Source of the DNA: an uncultured Ignavibacteriales bacterium
GTDB lineage: Bacteria > Zixibacteria > MSB-5A5 > GN15 > FEB-12
DNA: 64,000 nt
Assembly (NCBI GenBank): GCA_964540105.1
Contig: CAZILL010000003.1
Coordinates: 74,035 to 138,034, forward strand
Reading direction: 5' to 3'
The notes under the pieces are model-generated. The model made no database searches, had not been told where the DNA came from, and saw only the letters and a list, made by a program, of their open reading frames with translations. The position numbers and the translations under genes are program-made. Shown here piece by piece: positions 25,849 through 35,672 of this stretch. The stretch's first letter is position 1; each line of letters begins with the position of its first letter.

Positions 25849-26889
25849 ATGGCCGCATTTGAGAACTTGACGGACAGAGAGAAACAGATTCTGACGAATC
25901 TTATCAACTACTATATCGCGTCGGCGGATCCTGTTGGTTCGCGCGCGATAGCGAACAAGTTCGGGATGGGGCTTTCTTCGGCGACGATCCGAAACACACT
26001 TCAGGACCTCGAGGAGCTCGGGCTGGTGGAGCAGCCGCATACCTCGGCGGGGAGAATTCCGACTGACCTCGGCTATCGCGTATACGTGGATTACTTGTTA
26101 AAGCCTGAGAAGCTCACGAGCGCCGAAGAGAAGACGATCAGAACGGCGATCCTCAAAGAGGGACGCACGATTAATGAGATACTCGGACAGACTGCCAAGT
26201 TGCTTGGTGATATCACCAAGCAGCTCGGAATAACCACAGCTCCCCGTTTCGAAGCAGGGACCCTGTCGAGCATCAAGTTGATTCCGGTTTCGGAGAATAG
26301 AATCATGGTTGTGGTCGTCGTGAAGTCGGGGCTCGCGCGCTCAGTGATTTTGGAAGTCGAGGCCTCGGTTTCAGAGGGATCACTCCTGGAAGTTGAAGCG
26401 ATTCTCAACGAACGTCTGGCGGGACTTAGCCTGGCGGCCATACGCGACAGCATTTCGGAGCGAATGGCGGGCGTGACTGGTAGTGGGCGATTGATCAACC
26501 TGATTGTCGACTCAAAAGAGCGGATCTGGACTGATGATCGTGGTGAGGAGTTGCGAATCGCCGGAACAGACCGCTTAGTGTCTATTCCCGAGTTCTCGGA
26601 CCGCGAACGTCTGTCCCGGTTTATCAAGATGCTGGAAGAAGGGAAAGTGCTCTCCGAGTTTCTGACTCAGGCACACGAAGAAGGGCTATACATTACAATC
26701 GGACGGGAGAACCGAATTCAGGAGATCATCAATTGCTCGGTCGTGACATCCACGTACCGAGTCGGGAATATCACCGGTACGATCGGTATTATCGGGCCGA
26801 CGCGGATGCCATACAGCAAGCTTGTGTCGGTCGTGGAATATACGGCTCGGTCAATTTCAGAAGTACTATCGGGGATGGAATATCAATAA
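25849..26889 (+). CDS. hrcA: Heat-inducible transcription repressor HrcA
   Basis: N-terminal winged-helix LTDREKQILTNLINYYIASADPVGSRAIA and ATIRNTLQDLEELGLVEQPHTSAGRIPT. Located immediately upstream of grpE-dnaK-dnaJ. Confidence 0.9.
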   Translation: MAAFENLTDREKQILTNLINYYIASADPVGSRAIANKFGMGLSSATIRNTLQDLEELGLVEQPHTSAGRIPTDLGYRVYVDYLLKPEKLTSAEEKTIRTAILKEGRTINEILGQTAKLLGDITKQLGITTAPRFEAGTLSSIKLIPVSENRIMVVVVVKSGLARSVILEVEASVSEGSLLEVEAILNERLAGLSLAAIRDSISERMAGVTGSGRLINLIVDSKERIWTDDRGEELRIAGTDRLVSIPEFSDRERLSRFIKMLEEGKVLSEFLTQAHEEGLYITIGRENRIQEIINCSVVTSTYRVGNITGTIGIIGPTRMPYSKLVSVVEYTARSISEVLSGMEYQ

Positions 26890-26900
26890 GGCAGGGTCTA

Positions 26901-27533
26901 ATGGATGACAATAAGGACAGAATCGAACTCGAAACGGAAGAACCAGTTCACACAGGAAGCGCCTCGTCTGCTTCCGCACAGGTAGATGTCGAGCTTGAGA
27001 AGGATGAAGACTTCTCATCAGACGCGACTGAAGAGACGGAAGCTGCAGGCGAAGGGGACGAGGACTCGCTCCGTAGTCGCATCGCTGAGCTTGAGGACCG
27101 ATTGCTTCGATCGGCCGCTGAGTTTGACAATTACCGCAAGCGGGCAATGCGCCAGAACGAAGAACTCTTAAAGGCGGGGAACGACCGGTTGATCGTAGAG
27201 ATACTGGATGTCGTTGATAATTTCGACCGAGCGCTGCAGCATGCCGCGACTGACGCCGACCCGGGCGCGCTTCAGAAGGGAATGGCGCTGATTCACAATC
27301 AGTTGACCAGCTTGCTTGGGCGCTATGAGGTTACGCCGATTGTCGCCGTGGGACTACCCTTTGACCCGGCCATGCATGAAGCGGTCATGCAAGTGGATTC
27401 AGATGTTCACGCCGAAGGCTGCGTGGCAACCGAACTGAGTAAGGGATATCGACAAGGAATGCGAGTGATCAGACATAGTAAGGTCAGTGTGAGTCGAGGA
27501 AAGAAACGCGACACTGACGAAAGCAAGACATAG
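26901..27533 (+). CDS. grpE: Nucleotide exchange factor GrpE
   Basis: Acidic N-terminus, coiled-coil RIAELEDRLLRSAAEFDNYRKR, and C-terminal FDPAMHEAV...GYRQGMRVIRHSKVSV. Start at ATG 26901. Confidence 0.9.
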   Translation: MDDNKDRIELETEEPVHTGSASSASAQVDVELEKDEDFSSDATEETEAAGEGDEDSLRSRIAELEDRLLRSAAEFDNYRKRAMRQNEELLKAGNDRLIVEILDVVDNFDRALQHAATDADPGALQKGMALIHNQLTSLLGRYEVTPIVAVGLPFDPAMHEAVMQVDSDVHAEGCVATELSKGYRQGMRVIRHSKVSVSRGKKRDTDESKT

Positions 27534-27551
27534 GTATCAAAGGAGCAGGAT

Positions 27552-29510
27552 ATGGGAAAAATCATAGGCATTGATCTGGGCACGACGAATTCGTGTGTGG
27601 CGGTCCTTGAAGGGAAGGACCCGGTTGTCATTTCCAATCTGGAAGGGGCCCGCACGACCCCGTCAGTAGTCGCTTTCACGAAGGACGGTGAGCGGGTTGT
27701 CGGGGCTGCGGCAAAACGGCAGGCAGTGACCAACTCGGAAAACACGATCTTCTCGATCAAGCGGTTTATGGGTCGTCACCACAGTGAAGTGAGCACTGAG
27801 GAGAAGATTGTCCCGTACAAGATAGGCGAGGATAGTTATGGCAACGTGCTGGTCGATGTGCAGGGGAAGAAACTGACGCCGCCGGAAGTGTCGGCGATGA
27901 TTCTTCAATATCTCAAGAAGGCTGCGGAAAACTATCTCGGTCAGGAAGTGACTCAGGCGGTGATCACTGTGCCGGCGTATTTTAATGACTCGCAACGGCA
28001 GGCGACCAAGGACGCGGGGAAGATCGCGGGTCTTGAGGTCCTGCGCATTATCAACGAACCGACGGCGGCGTCGTTGGCGTACGGGCTGGACAAGAAGAAG
28101 AATGAGAAGATAGCGGTGTATGATCTGGGAGGGGGCACGTTTGACATCTCGATTCTCGAGATTGGCGAGGGTGTGTTTGAAGTTCGCTCGACGAATGGGG
28201 ACACACACTTAGGCGGTGACGATTTCGACCAGACGATCATCGACTGGATGGCGGACGAATTTCGCAAATCCCAGGGGATCGACCTCCGCAAGGACAGGAT
28301 GGCGCTGCAGAGACTGAAAGAAGCCGCCGAGAAGGCGAAGATCGAGTTGTCGACCACGATGCAGTCGAATATCAACCTGCCCTTCATTACCGCCGATCAG
28401 GCGGGACCGAAGCATCTTGATCTTACGTTGACAAGGGCTAAGCTCGAACAGCTGACGGACAGCCTTGTTCAGCGGACCGTCGGACCGTGCCGCTCAGCTA
28501 TTGCTGACGCCAAGCTGACGTTCAAGGACATTGACGAAGTGGTTCTGGTTGGGGGGATGACGAGGATGCCGAGGATCATCGAAATCGTCCGCGAGCTCTT
28601 CGGACGCGAACCCCACAAGGGGGTTAACCCGGATGAGGTCGTAGCTATCGGGGCGGCGATTCAGGGGGGTGTTCTCTCCGGCGACATGAAAGATATCGTC
28701 CTGCTCGACGTGACACCGTTGTCGCTCGGGATTGAGACCCTCGGCGGCGTGATGACCCCGCTTATCGAGCGCAACACGACGATCCCGACCAAGAAGTCGC
28801 AGATATTTTCGACCGCTGCGGACAATCAGACCGCAGTCTCGATCCATGTGCTTCAGGGGGAAAGGAAGATGGCGCTGGACAATCGAACGCTTGGCAAATT
28901 CGATCTGGTCGGTCTCCCACCCGCGCCGCGCGGTATGCCTCAGGTTGAGGTGACGTTCAACATCGACGCCAACGGCATAGTCCATGTGTCGGCGAAAGAT
29001 ATGGCGACAGGCAAAGAGCAGTCGATCAAGATTGAAGTTTCGTCGGGGTTGTCTGAGAGCGAGATCGATCGCATGGTGAAAGATGCGGAAAAATTCGCTG
29101 ACGAAGACAAGCAGAAGGCGGAACTCATTCAGGCTCGCAATGAAGCGGATCAGTTGATCTACAGTGTGGAGAAAACAGTCAAGGAGCACGGCGACAAAGT
29201 CTCTGACACAGAGAGAAAAGGAATCGAGGACGGAATACAGAGTCTGAAGACGGCAATAGCGGGTGAGTCTCTCTCGGCCATCAAAGAAGCTCAGGAGAAG
29301 CTAACGCAAGCCTCGCACAAGCTCGCGGAGGAAATGTACAAGCAGGCACAGCAAGCAGCAGGAAGTCAGACGGGGCAGGGAAGTGGCCCGGGCGCCGGTC
29401 CCAGTGGAGGCCCTTCTGCAGGCCCCAACCCCAGTGGATCGGGCGACGGACCTAAAGGGGATGGCGCCGTTGATGCTGATTTCGAAGTAGTCGACGAGAA
29501 CAAGAAGTAA
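27552..29510 (+). CDS. dnaK: Molecular chaperone DnaK (Hsp70)
   Basis: [25 protein letters not shown] and [10 protein letters not shown] signatures. SD AAAGGAG upstream. Confidence 0.97.
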   Translation: MGKIIGIDLGTTNSCVAVLEGKDPVVISNLEGARTTPSVVAFTKDGERVVGAAAKRQAVTNSENTIFSIKRFMGRHHSEVSTEEKIVPYKIGEDSYGNVLVDVQGKKLTPPEVSAMILQYLKKAAENYLGQEVTQAVITVPAYFNDSQRQATKDAGKIAGLEVLRIINEPTAASLAYGLDKKKNEKIAVYDLGGGTFDISILEIGEGVFEVRSTNGDTHLGGDDFDQTIIDWMADEFRKSQGIDLRKDRMALQRLKEAAEKAKIELSTTMQSNINLPFITADQAGPKHLDLTLTRAKLEQLTDSLVQRTVGPCRSAIADAKLTFKDIDEVVLVGGMTRMPRIIEIVRELFGREPHKGVNPDEVVAIGAAIQGGVLSGDMKDIVLLDVTPLSLGIETLGGVMTPLIERNTTIPTKKSQIFSTAADNQTAVSIHVLQGERKMALDNRTLGKFDLVGLPPAPRGMPQVEVTFNIDANGIVHVSAKDMATGKEQSIKIEVSSGLSESEIDRMVKDAEKFADEDKQKAELIQARNEADQLIYSVEKTVKEHGDKVSDTERKGIEDGIQSLKTAIAGESLSAIKEAQEKLTQASHKLAEEMYKQAQQAAGSQTGQGSGPGAGPSGGPSAGPNPSGSGDGPKGDGAVDADFEVVDENKK

Positions 29511-29519
29511 CAGGTGTCG

Positions 29520-30689
29520 ATGAGTAAACGCGACTTCTACGATACTCTTGGGGTCGACCGATCCGCGGATGAGAGCGCTATCAAGTCAGCCTATCGAAAG
29601 CAGGCGATGCAATTTCATCCAGACCGCAACCCGGGAAACAAGGAGGCGGAAGAGCGCTTCAAAGAGGCGACCGAGGCGTATGAGGTTCTGAAAGATCCTC
29701 AGAAGCGACAGGCGTACGACCAGTATGGCCACGCCGGTGTTGGCCAGGGGGCCGGTTTCGGAGGGTACAGCGGTGGTTTTGGGGGAGCCGAAGGATTCGA
29801 TCTGAGTGATGCGCTTCGAGCCTTTATGCGTGACTTCGGAGGCGGGTCGATTTTCGAAGACTTTTTTGACTCCGGTCACGGGGATCGTGGGCGACGAGCT
29901 GCGCGTGGCGAAGACCTGCGGGTTCGGATTCGGCTGACTATGGAAGAAATCGCGACCGGCACCGAAAAGACAATTAAGGTCAATCGTCAAGTCACGTGCG
30001 ATACCTGCTCAGGCACCGGTATCGCTGCGGGCTCATCCAAGAAAACGTGTCCGCAGTGCAAGGGCGCCGGGCAGGTGCGTACCCTGACGCGAACTTTCCT
30101 CGGAACAGTCCAGCAAGTGTCTACCTGCAATATGTGTCGGGGGAGAGGGGAAGTGATCTCCGACCCGTGCCGAACCTGTCGCGGTGAAGGCAGGACAAAC
30201 GGCAGCTCGAAAGTGACAATCAATGTACCCGCTGGCGTGTCAAGCGGCAATTACATGACCATTGAGAATATGGGGAACAGCGCTCCGCGCAAGGGGGAAC
30301 CAGGGGACCTGATTGCCGTGTTTGAAGAGGCCGAACATCCTCAATTCACTCGACACGGAGACCATATCCTGTACGAACTGCCTATATCATTCACGACTGC
30401 GGCTTTGGGGGGGCAGCTGCAGGTGCCGACTCTCAGCGGGGAAGAGGCCCTGACCATTCCGGCCGGTACGCAATCAGGGAAGGTCCTGAAAATGCGTGGG
30501 AAAGGGATGCCGCATCTGCACCACTCGGGCCGCGGTGATCAGCTTGTCCAGATCACAGTCTGGGTTCCGTCGAAGCTAAGCAGTGAGGATAGGAAGATGC
30601 TGGAAACGCTCAGCAAGTCCGATTCGTTTAAGGTCCCGAAAGCGGATCGATCATTCTTCGCAAAGCTCCGCGAGACGCTGGGCGTCTGA
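29520..30689 (+). CDS. dnaJ: Molecular chaperone DnaJ
   Basis: J-domain with HPD (MQFHPDRNP), a G/F-rich linker, and four CXXCXGXG zinc-finger repeats. Start at ATG 29520 (MSKRDFYDTLGV). Confidence 0.95.
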   Translation: MSKRDFYDTLGVDRSADESAIKSAYRKQAMQFHPDRNPGNKEAEERFKEATEAYEVLKDPQKRQAYDQYGHAGVGQGAGFGGYSGGFGGAEGFDLSDALRAFMRDFGGGSIFEDFFDSGHGDRGRRAARGEDLRVRIRLTMEEIATGTEKTIKVNRQVTCDTCSGTGIAAGSSKKTCPQCKGAGQVRTLTRTFLGTVQQVSTCNMCRGRGEVISDPCRTCRGEGRTNGSSKVTINVPAGVSSGNYMTIENMGNSAPRKGEPGDLIAVFEEAEHPQFTRHGDHILYELPISFTTAALGGQLQVPTLSGEEALTIPAGTQSGKVLKMRGKGMPHLHHSGRGDQLVQITVWVPSKLSSEDRKMLETLSKSDSFKVPKADRSFFAKLRETLGV

Positions 30690-30690
30690 C

Positions 30691-31572
30691 ATGAATCCCG
30701 GAACAAACGACAGCTATATCGAAACGCGAATAGAAGTGATGCGCGAGTACGCGGACGCGATATCGAACTATATCGTCGACAATATTGCCTCCGGTCTCGT
30801 TTTAGAAGATGAAGAGGAGTCCCCGACGATTGGCATTATGTTCTACGTGCCCGATGCCCTCGGGAGTGAATACAAGGATCTATTTGTTCGGTATCTGAGG
30901 GAAGTTCTGCCTGCGGGGATTGAAGTTCCTGAGATTCGTGAGAAGGTCGTCAAGAATGTTGAGTGGGTGGAGCAATACAAAGCGTCGGTACGGGCGATTC
31001 GGATTGCGGGGGATATAACGGTTCGCCCGAGCTGGCAGGAAAGTCTGCCAGATACTCGTTATGACATCGTTATCGAGCCGAAGATGGCCTTCGGGACCGG
31101 AAGCCATGAGACCACGCGCGGCTGTCTTGTTGCGCTGCGAAGGAACTTCGTCTCGGGGATGCGCTTTCTTGACCTGGGGACGGGGTCCGGGATTCTGTCG
31201 ATCCTGGCCTTCAAAATGGGAGCGGTGTACATCAAGGCCATTGACTATGACGTCGCCGCGGTACAGAACTGTGAGGAGAACTTTGTACTCAATGAGGTGA
31301 ACGTCCCCCACGACATTCTCTTTGGTTCGATCGACAAATGCGCTGGAGATCAGAGCTATGATTTCGTCTGCGCAAACATAATCAAGAGCACGATTCTTCC
31401 CCTGCTGCCGCGTCTTGTTGATCTAACGAAGCCGCATGGAATTCTCGTACTTTCCGGATTGTTAAGCCAGGACGAGGATGAGATCAGTTCCGGCCTGGAT
31501 GCTCTTGGCCAAAAGGCGTTCACCATCGACGTTGAGAATAAGTGGTTGACGTATACTGTTGTCCGCGTGTGA
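30691..31572 (+). CDS. prmA: Ribosomal protein L11 methyltransferase
   Basis: Motifs IEPKMAFGTGSHETT and FLDLGTGSGILSI. Start at ATG 30691, 2 nt after the dnaJ stop. Confidence 0.85.
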   Translation: MNPGTNDSYIETRIEVMREYADAISNYIVDNIASGLVLEDEEESPTIGIMFYVPDALGSEYKDLFVRYLREVLPAGIEVPEIREKVVKNVEWVEQYKASVRAIRIAGDITVRPSWQESLPDTRYDIVIEPKMAFGTGSHETTRGCLVALRRNFVSGMRFLDLGTGSGILSILAFKMGAVYIKAIDYDVAAVQNCEENFVLNEVNVPHDILFGSIDKCAGDQSYDFVCANIIKSTILPLLPRLVDLTKPHGILVLSGLLSQDEDEISSGLDALGQKAFTIDVENKWLTYTVVRV

Positions 31573-31575
31573 TCG

Positions 31576-32322
31576 ATGGAACCCCCGATTTTCTTCGCCA
31601 CGCCAGCCCAATTTGCTCATGACTCAATAGAGATCACAGGGGCGGAAGCACACCATGCAGCGAAAGCGCTTCGCCTGGGTCCCGGGTCGATCGTCATGGT
31701 GATTGACGGGCTCGGAAACGCCTCTGTAGGCGAAATCACGAATTTGATGGGCAAAAAGGTGTTTGTGCGCCCTCACTCTCGGGTCAGAAATTTCGGCGAG
31801 CCGGTTGTTCGTTTGACGCTTGCGGCAGCGCTCTCGACCTCCGGGAAGTTCTCTGAAGTCGTTGAGAAGGGGACAGAACTTGGAGTGAGTCGTTTCGTGC
31901 CGATCCTCAGCCAAAAGTCAAAAGTCCATATAGAAGACCCCCGCAAAGCACAGGCAAAGGTTGCGCGACTTGAGAAAGTGGCGCTGGCAGCCGTGAAGCA
32001 GTGCCGCAGATCATGCCTGCCGGTGATTTCGCTGCCGACAACGCTTGAGCACTACCTGGTTGAGACCGGTGAAGAGAGTGTGAAATTGATCTTCTCTCCG
32101 GGACCGATATCGGTCCCACTGACGAAAGTAGAGATTGATAGAAATGCCAAGCGTGTTTCAGTCATGGTGGGGCCGGAGTCGGGGTTTACCCGAGAGGAGA
32201 TGGAACTATCGTTGTCGCATGGATTTGTCCCAGTATCGCTGGGGGCGCGAATTCTCAGGACCGAAAATGCGTCGCCGGTGGTCTGCGCCCTGGTCATGCA
32301 GATGCTTGGAGAATTAAGTTGA
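31576..32322 (+). CDS. rsmE: 16S rRNA (uracil1498-N3)-methyltransferase
   Basis: RsmE-like N-terminus (ITGAEAHHAAKALRL) and C-terminal SPOUT motif VMVGPESGFTREE...LGARILRTE. Confidence 0.85.
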   Translation: MEPPIFFATPAQFAHDSIEITGAEAHHAAKALRLGPGSIVMVIDGLGNASVGEITNLMGKKVFVRPHSRVRNFGEPVVRLTLAAALSTSGKFSEVVEKGTELGVSRFVPILSQKSKVHIEDPRKAQAKVARLEKVALAAVKQCRRSCLPVISLPTTLEHYLVETGEESVKLIFSPGPISVPLTKVEIDRNAKRVSVMVGPESGFTREEMELSLSHGFVPVSLGARILRTENASPVVCALVMQMLGELS

Positions 32323-32353
32323 ACCACGGTTCAGCCGATACTTCTAATCAATC

Positions 32354-33136
32354 ATGGCAACTCTGTACTTTGTGCTGGCAGGCCTGTTTGGCTTAATCGT
32401 TGGGTCGTTTCTCAACGTTCTCATCTACCGCCTGCCGCGAAAAATCGGCTTTGTTGCTAGTCGCTCGCAGTGCAGACACTGCGGTCATCAATTGAAGTGG
32501 TATCACAATATCCCGGTTCTTAGCTTCATCGTGCTGCGTGGGCGGTGCGGCTTCTGCTGCGAGCCGATTACCTGGCGATATCCCTTGGTGGAAATCGTCA
32601 ATGCCTTGCTTTGGGTTTTCCTTTTCAACGAATTCGGTCTGTCCTGGAGCTTCGCGGTGTACGCTGCAACGGCTTCCACTCTGGTAGCCGTGTTTTTCAT
32701 CGATCTTGACTTTCAGATCATTCCCGACTCGCTGACGTTACCGGGGATTGCAGTCGGGCTGGCGGTGTCGTTTCTTCCTCAGGGAATCGGGATCTTCAAT
32801 TCTCTCCTGGGGATGATCGTCGGCGGGGGAGCGCTCTATATGATCGCCCTGCTCGGAGACTGGCTGTTCAAAAAGGAATCAATGGGTGGGGGTGACATCA
32901 AGCTTGCGGCAATGCTGGGGACCCTTGTCGGCTGGCAGAAGATTTTGCTGATTTTCATGGGTTCGGCCGTGATCGGCCTGGTCATCTCGTTGTTCATGAT
33001 GACCGTGTCAGCTCGTCTGAGAAAAGAGCGAGTGGTTCCTTTTGGGCCTTTTCTCGCGCTGGCCGCTCTGATGGCTATAGCCTATGGTGACAGGATCATT
33101 CACTTCTACGTTCACACGATTTTGGCCCTCCCGTAA
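32354..33136 (+). CDS. pilD: Prepilin peptidase / N-methyltransferase (A24 family)
   Basis: N-terminal CXXC...CXXC zinc region (SQCRHCGH...RCGFCCEPI), multiple TM helices, and catalytic Asp motifs including GGGDIKL. Confidence 0.9.
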   Translation: MATLYFVLAGLFGLIVGSFLNVLIYRLPRKIGFVASRSQCRHCGHQLKWYHNIPVLSFIVLRGRCGFCCEPITWRYPLVEIVNALLWVFLFNEFGLSWSFAVYAATASTLVAVFFIDLDFQIIPDSLTLPGIAVGLAVSFLPQGIGIFNSLLGMIVGGGALYMIALLGDWLFKKESMGGGDIKLAAMLGTLVGWQKILLIFMGSAVIGLVISLFMMTVSARLRKERVVPFGPFLALAALMAIAYGDRIIHFYVHTILALP

Positions 33137-33191
33137 ACTTGGGCTCTCCCCTCATTTCCGCTCACGTTATTCCGATTAGAAGGGTAACGCC

Positions 33192-35039
33192 ATGTTTGGA
33201 ACACGACGAGTATTTGAATCCGAAGTGCATCTTGGGCTCCTGCTCATCGTATGCCTGCTGCTGCTTCTCAGCGGTGTGTCCAATTATGTCCTTTACCGCG
33301 CAAGGAACCTGCAGTCTGAGGTCGCCTTCACCCAGTTCAAGACTGCATCATTGGCGGCAAGCCGTGTTGTCCAGAGTAACTCACCGCCCGCACTTCCTGA
33401 CGCGGATGCTGAAGCGTTCCGCCTCAAATATCACCTGAGCGAACTTCGGCTCATTACCACGCGCCCCGAGGACTCAACGCCGATCACTCGAGGGCATTGG
33501 CTGAGCGCAGTTGTTCACGATCTCCCGCCCGAAGATTTGCGGAGCCTGGCGGTGAAACTGATGGCCGCCAACTATCGGACTATTACGAGAGGGGTCGAAT
33601 CGGAGTATTTCTTCATCGAGCCGATCTCTTCTGGGTCGGGAAGAATGCTCCTTATTCTGTCGCAGAACCTCCCCTGGCTGGCGTTTCTTGACGACTGGGG
33701 ACAGACCATCCTGATCGTGAGCCTCGTGGCGATTCTCGTGTTGTCCACCGTCTATGTCGGCGTGTCGAGAGTCATCTTCTCTCCCTTTCGGAAGATTCGC
33801 GCGACAGCGGCGTTGGCGGGGCGAGATGTGAACAAGCAGGATAGTGTGGCGGATGGGGTGGTCGAAGAATACCGAAGAGTGATCGACGAGCTGCGGGAAA
33901 AGGAAGCTGAGTTGCTTCGTTTGAACGCTGCCGTCGAAAATCGCGCCGAATCGTTGGAGCAGTTTAATGACTTCCTGCTCATGTCAATGGAAACTGGCCT
34001 GGTGACCCTCGATCTCGAGGGAAAGATTCTGACGATCAACGATGCCGCGAAGCGCATATTCGGGATTACGAGCGAAGGGGAGACACCTCGCGATTTTCGA
34101 TCCCTCCTGCGCGAGCTTCCCGATCTGTCGGAGTGGGTTACTGACGCTCTTACAGCAAGGGAAGCCAGACCGTATCAGGAATTGGAATGGATGGATCGAC
34201 AGCATAACGCCAGCACGATGGGCGTAACGATATCGCAGGTACGAGATGCCGAACAACTCACGGTCGGCATCTCCTTGCTGATTAGTGATCTGACTGAAAT
34301 ATCCCGGCTTCGCAGCAATCTCGAAAAGCAGAATCGTTTGGCCGCCCTCGGAGAGATGTCCGCCGGCTTGGCCCATCAGCTCCGCAATTCAATGGGAGCA
34401 ATAAGCGGTTATGGAACACTCATCAGGAAGAAACTCCAGGCCAGCGGGTTGGATGTCGACTCGATACAGAAGCTGCTGGACGAGACAAGAGAAGCTGAGG
34501 ATTTAGTCGGACGATTCCTGGGGTTCGCTCGACCGATGGCTTTCGAGCCGGAGCAGGTCAAACTTGGACGATTTCTGTCTGAGCTGATTGGTTCGCTCCG
34601 AGTTCGGGAAGACTGCCGGCAGATTGAGTTCGAACTGCATCGCGAGTCAAATTCGGATTGTGCTGTCGAGCTTGACCCTCTCCTCATGAAACAAGCGGTG
34701 TCGAACTTGATCGAGAATGGGGTAAACGCCTATCGGGGGAAGCCGGGTTCGATTGAGATCTTCTATGGCTCGGTTGGAGACGAGGCGTTTATCACGGTTA
34801 CTGATCACGGGTGCGGCATCCCAGAAGGGGACAAGGAGAGGGTCTTTACGCCGTTCTATTCGTCGCGTCCGGCTGGCACCGGCCTCGGGTTGCCGCTGGC
34901 ATCTCGAATAGTGAGTCTTCATCGCGGCAGTTTAGCCCTCCTAACTGATCACGCTGCAGGCACCCGCTTCAAGATCACCTTGCCGCAGTGGAATCGCTCC
35001 GAGGTCGTTAGACCTGGCGTAGCAGGAATGCGCGCATAG
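33192..35039 (+). CDS. Membrane sensor histidine kinase (two TM, PAS, HisKA, HATPase)
   Basis: H-box SAGLAHQLRNSMGAI, N-box LIENGVNAY, and G-boxes DHGCGIP and GTGLGLPLA. No response regulator is adjacent. Confidence 0.85.
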   Translation: MFGTRRVFESEVHLGLLLIVCLLLLLSGVSNYVLYRARNLQSEVAFTQFKTASLAASRVVQSNSPPALPDADAEAFRLKYHLSELRLITTRPEDSTPITRGHWLSAVVHDLPPEDLRSLAVKLMAANYRTITRGVESEYFFIEPISSGSGRMLLILSQNLPWLAFLDDWGQTILIVSLVAILVLSTVYVGVSRVIFSPFRKIRATAALAGRDVNKQDSVADGVVEEYRRVIDELREKEAELLRLNAAVENRAESLEQFNDFLLMSMETGLVTLDLEGKILTINDAAKRIFGITSEGETPRDFRSLLRELPDLSEWVTDALTAREARPYQELEWMDRQHNASTMGVTISQVRDAEQLTVGISLLISDLTEISRLRSNLEKQNRLAALGEMSAGLAHQLRNSMGAISGYGTLIRKKLQASGLDVDSIQKLLDETREAEDLVGRFLGFARPMAFEPEQVKLGRFLSELIGSLRVREDCRQIEFELHRESNSDCAVELDPLLMKQAVSNLIENGVNAYRGKPGSIEIFYGSVGDEAFITVTDHGCGIPEGDKERVFTPFYSSRPAGTGLGLPLASRIVSLHRGSLALLTDHAAGTRFKITLPQWNRSEVVRPGVAGMRA

Positions 35040-35099
35040 AAAGTTCTTTCCAGAAGTTCACTTTCCATTATATTTGGCCGGAAATGTTCAGGAGGATCG

Positions 35100-35660
35100 A
35101 TGTATAGTGTTTCGGATTTCCGGCGCGGACTTCCCATCGTTGTGGACGACCAGCCGTACTATGTGGTTGAATTTCAACACTTTAAGATGGGTCGTGGTAA
35201 AGCCAATATCCGTACTAAGCTCAGGCACATCAAGACCGGTGCGGTCGTCGAAAAGGTGTTTTCTTCAAACGATGTGTTCAAGCCGCCCGATCTTGAGAAT
35301 CGACGCATGCAGTATCTCTATGAAAACGGTGGGGAGTTTACACTGATGGACGCTCAGACGTTCGATCAGATCGCGGTGCCGGTTGAGAATCTCGGGGATG
35401 CCAAGTGGTATCTGATGGAGAATCAGGAGTATCAAGTACATTTTCTCGATAACCAGGCGATTTCGGTTGATTTACCCGCATCGGTCATTCTTGAAGTGGT
35501 GGCGACGGAGCCCGCTGTACGCGGAGACACAGTGTCGAACGTCACCAAGCCCGCGAAGCTCCAGACTGGACTCGAGATTCGTGTTCCGCCGTTTGTCAAA
35601 GAGGGGGACAAGATTAAGGTCGATACAAGATCCGGTGAATATCTTGAGCGAGCAAACTGA
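35100..35660 (+). CDS. efp: Translation elongation factor P
   Basis: N-terminus aligns to EF-P (DFRRGLPIVVDDQPYYVVEFQHFKMGRGKANIRTKLR). 186 aa. The loop-tip residue is Arg32. Confidence 0.92.
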   Translation: MYSVSDFRRGLPIVVDDQPYYVVEFQHFKMGRGKANIRTKLRHIKTGAVVEKVFSSNDVFKPPDLENRRMQYLYENGGEFTLMDAQTFDQIAVPVENLGDAKWYLMENQEYQVHFLDNQAISVDLPASVILEVVATEPAVRGDTVSNVTKPAKLQTGLEIRVPPFVKEGDKIKVDTRSGEYLERAN

Positions 35661-35672
35661 CGGAACCGCAAT

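Noticed and set aside
29330-29470. Gly/Pro/Ser-rich low-complexity nucleotide repeat near the dnaK 3' end
   Set aside because: It encodes the normal disordered C-terminal tail of DnaK ([24 protein letters not shown]) and is not an independent repeat element.
33192-35039. Sensor kinase downstream of pilD as a PilS homologue
   Set aside because: It has only two N-terminal TM helices rather than the six typical of PilS, and no PilR-type sigma54 activator is adjacent. It is kept as a generic PAS histidine kinase.
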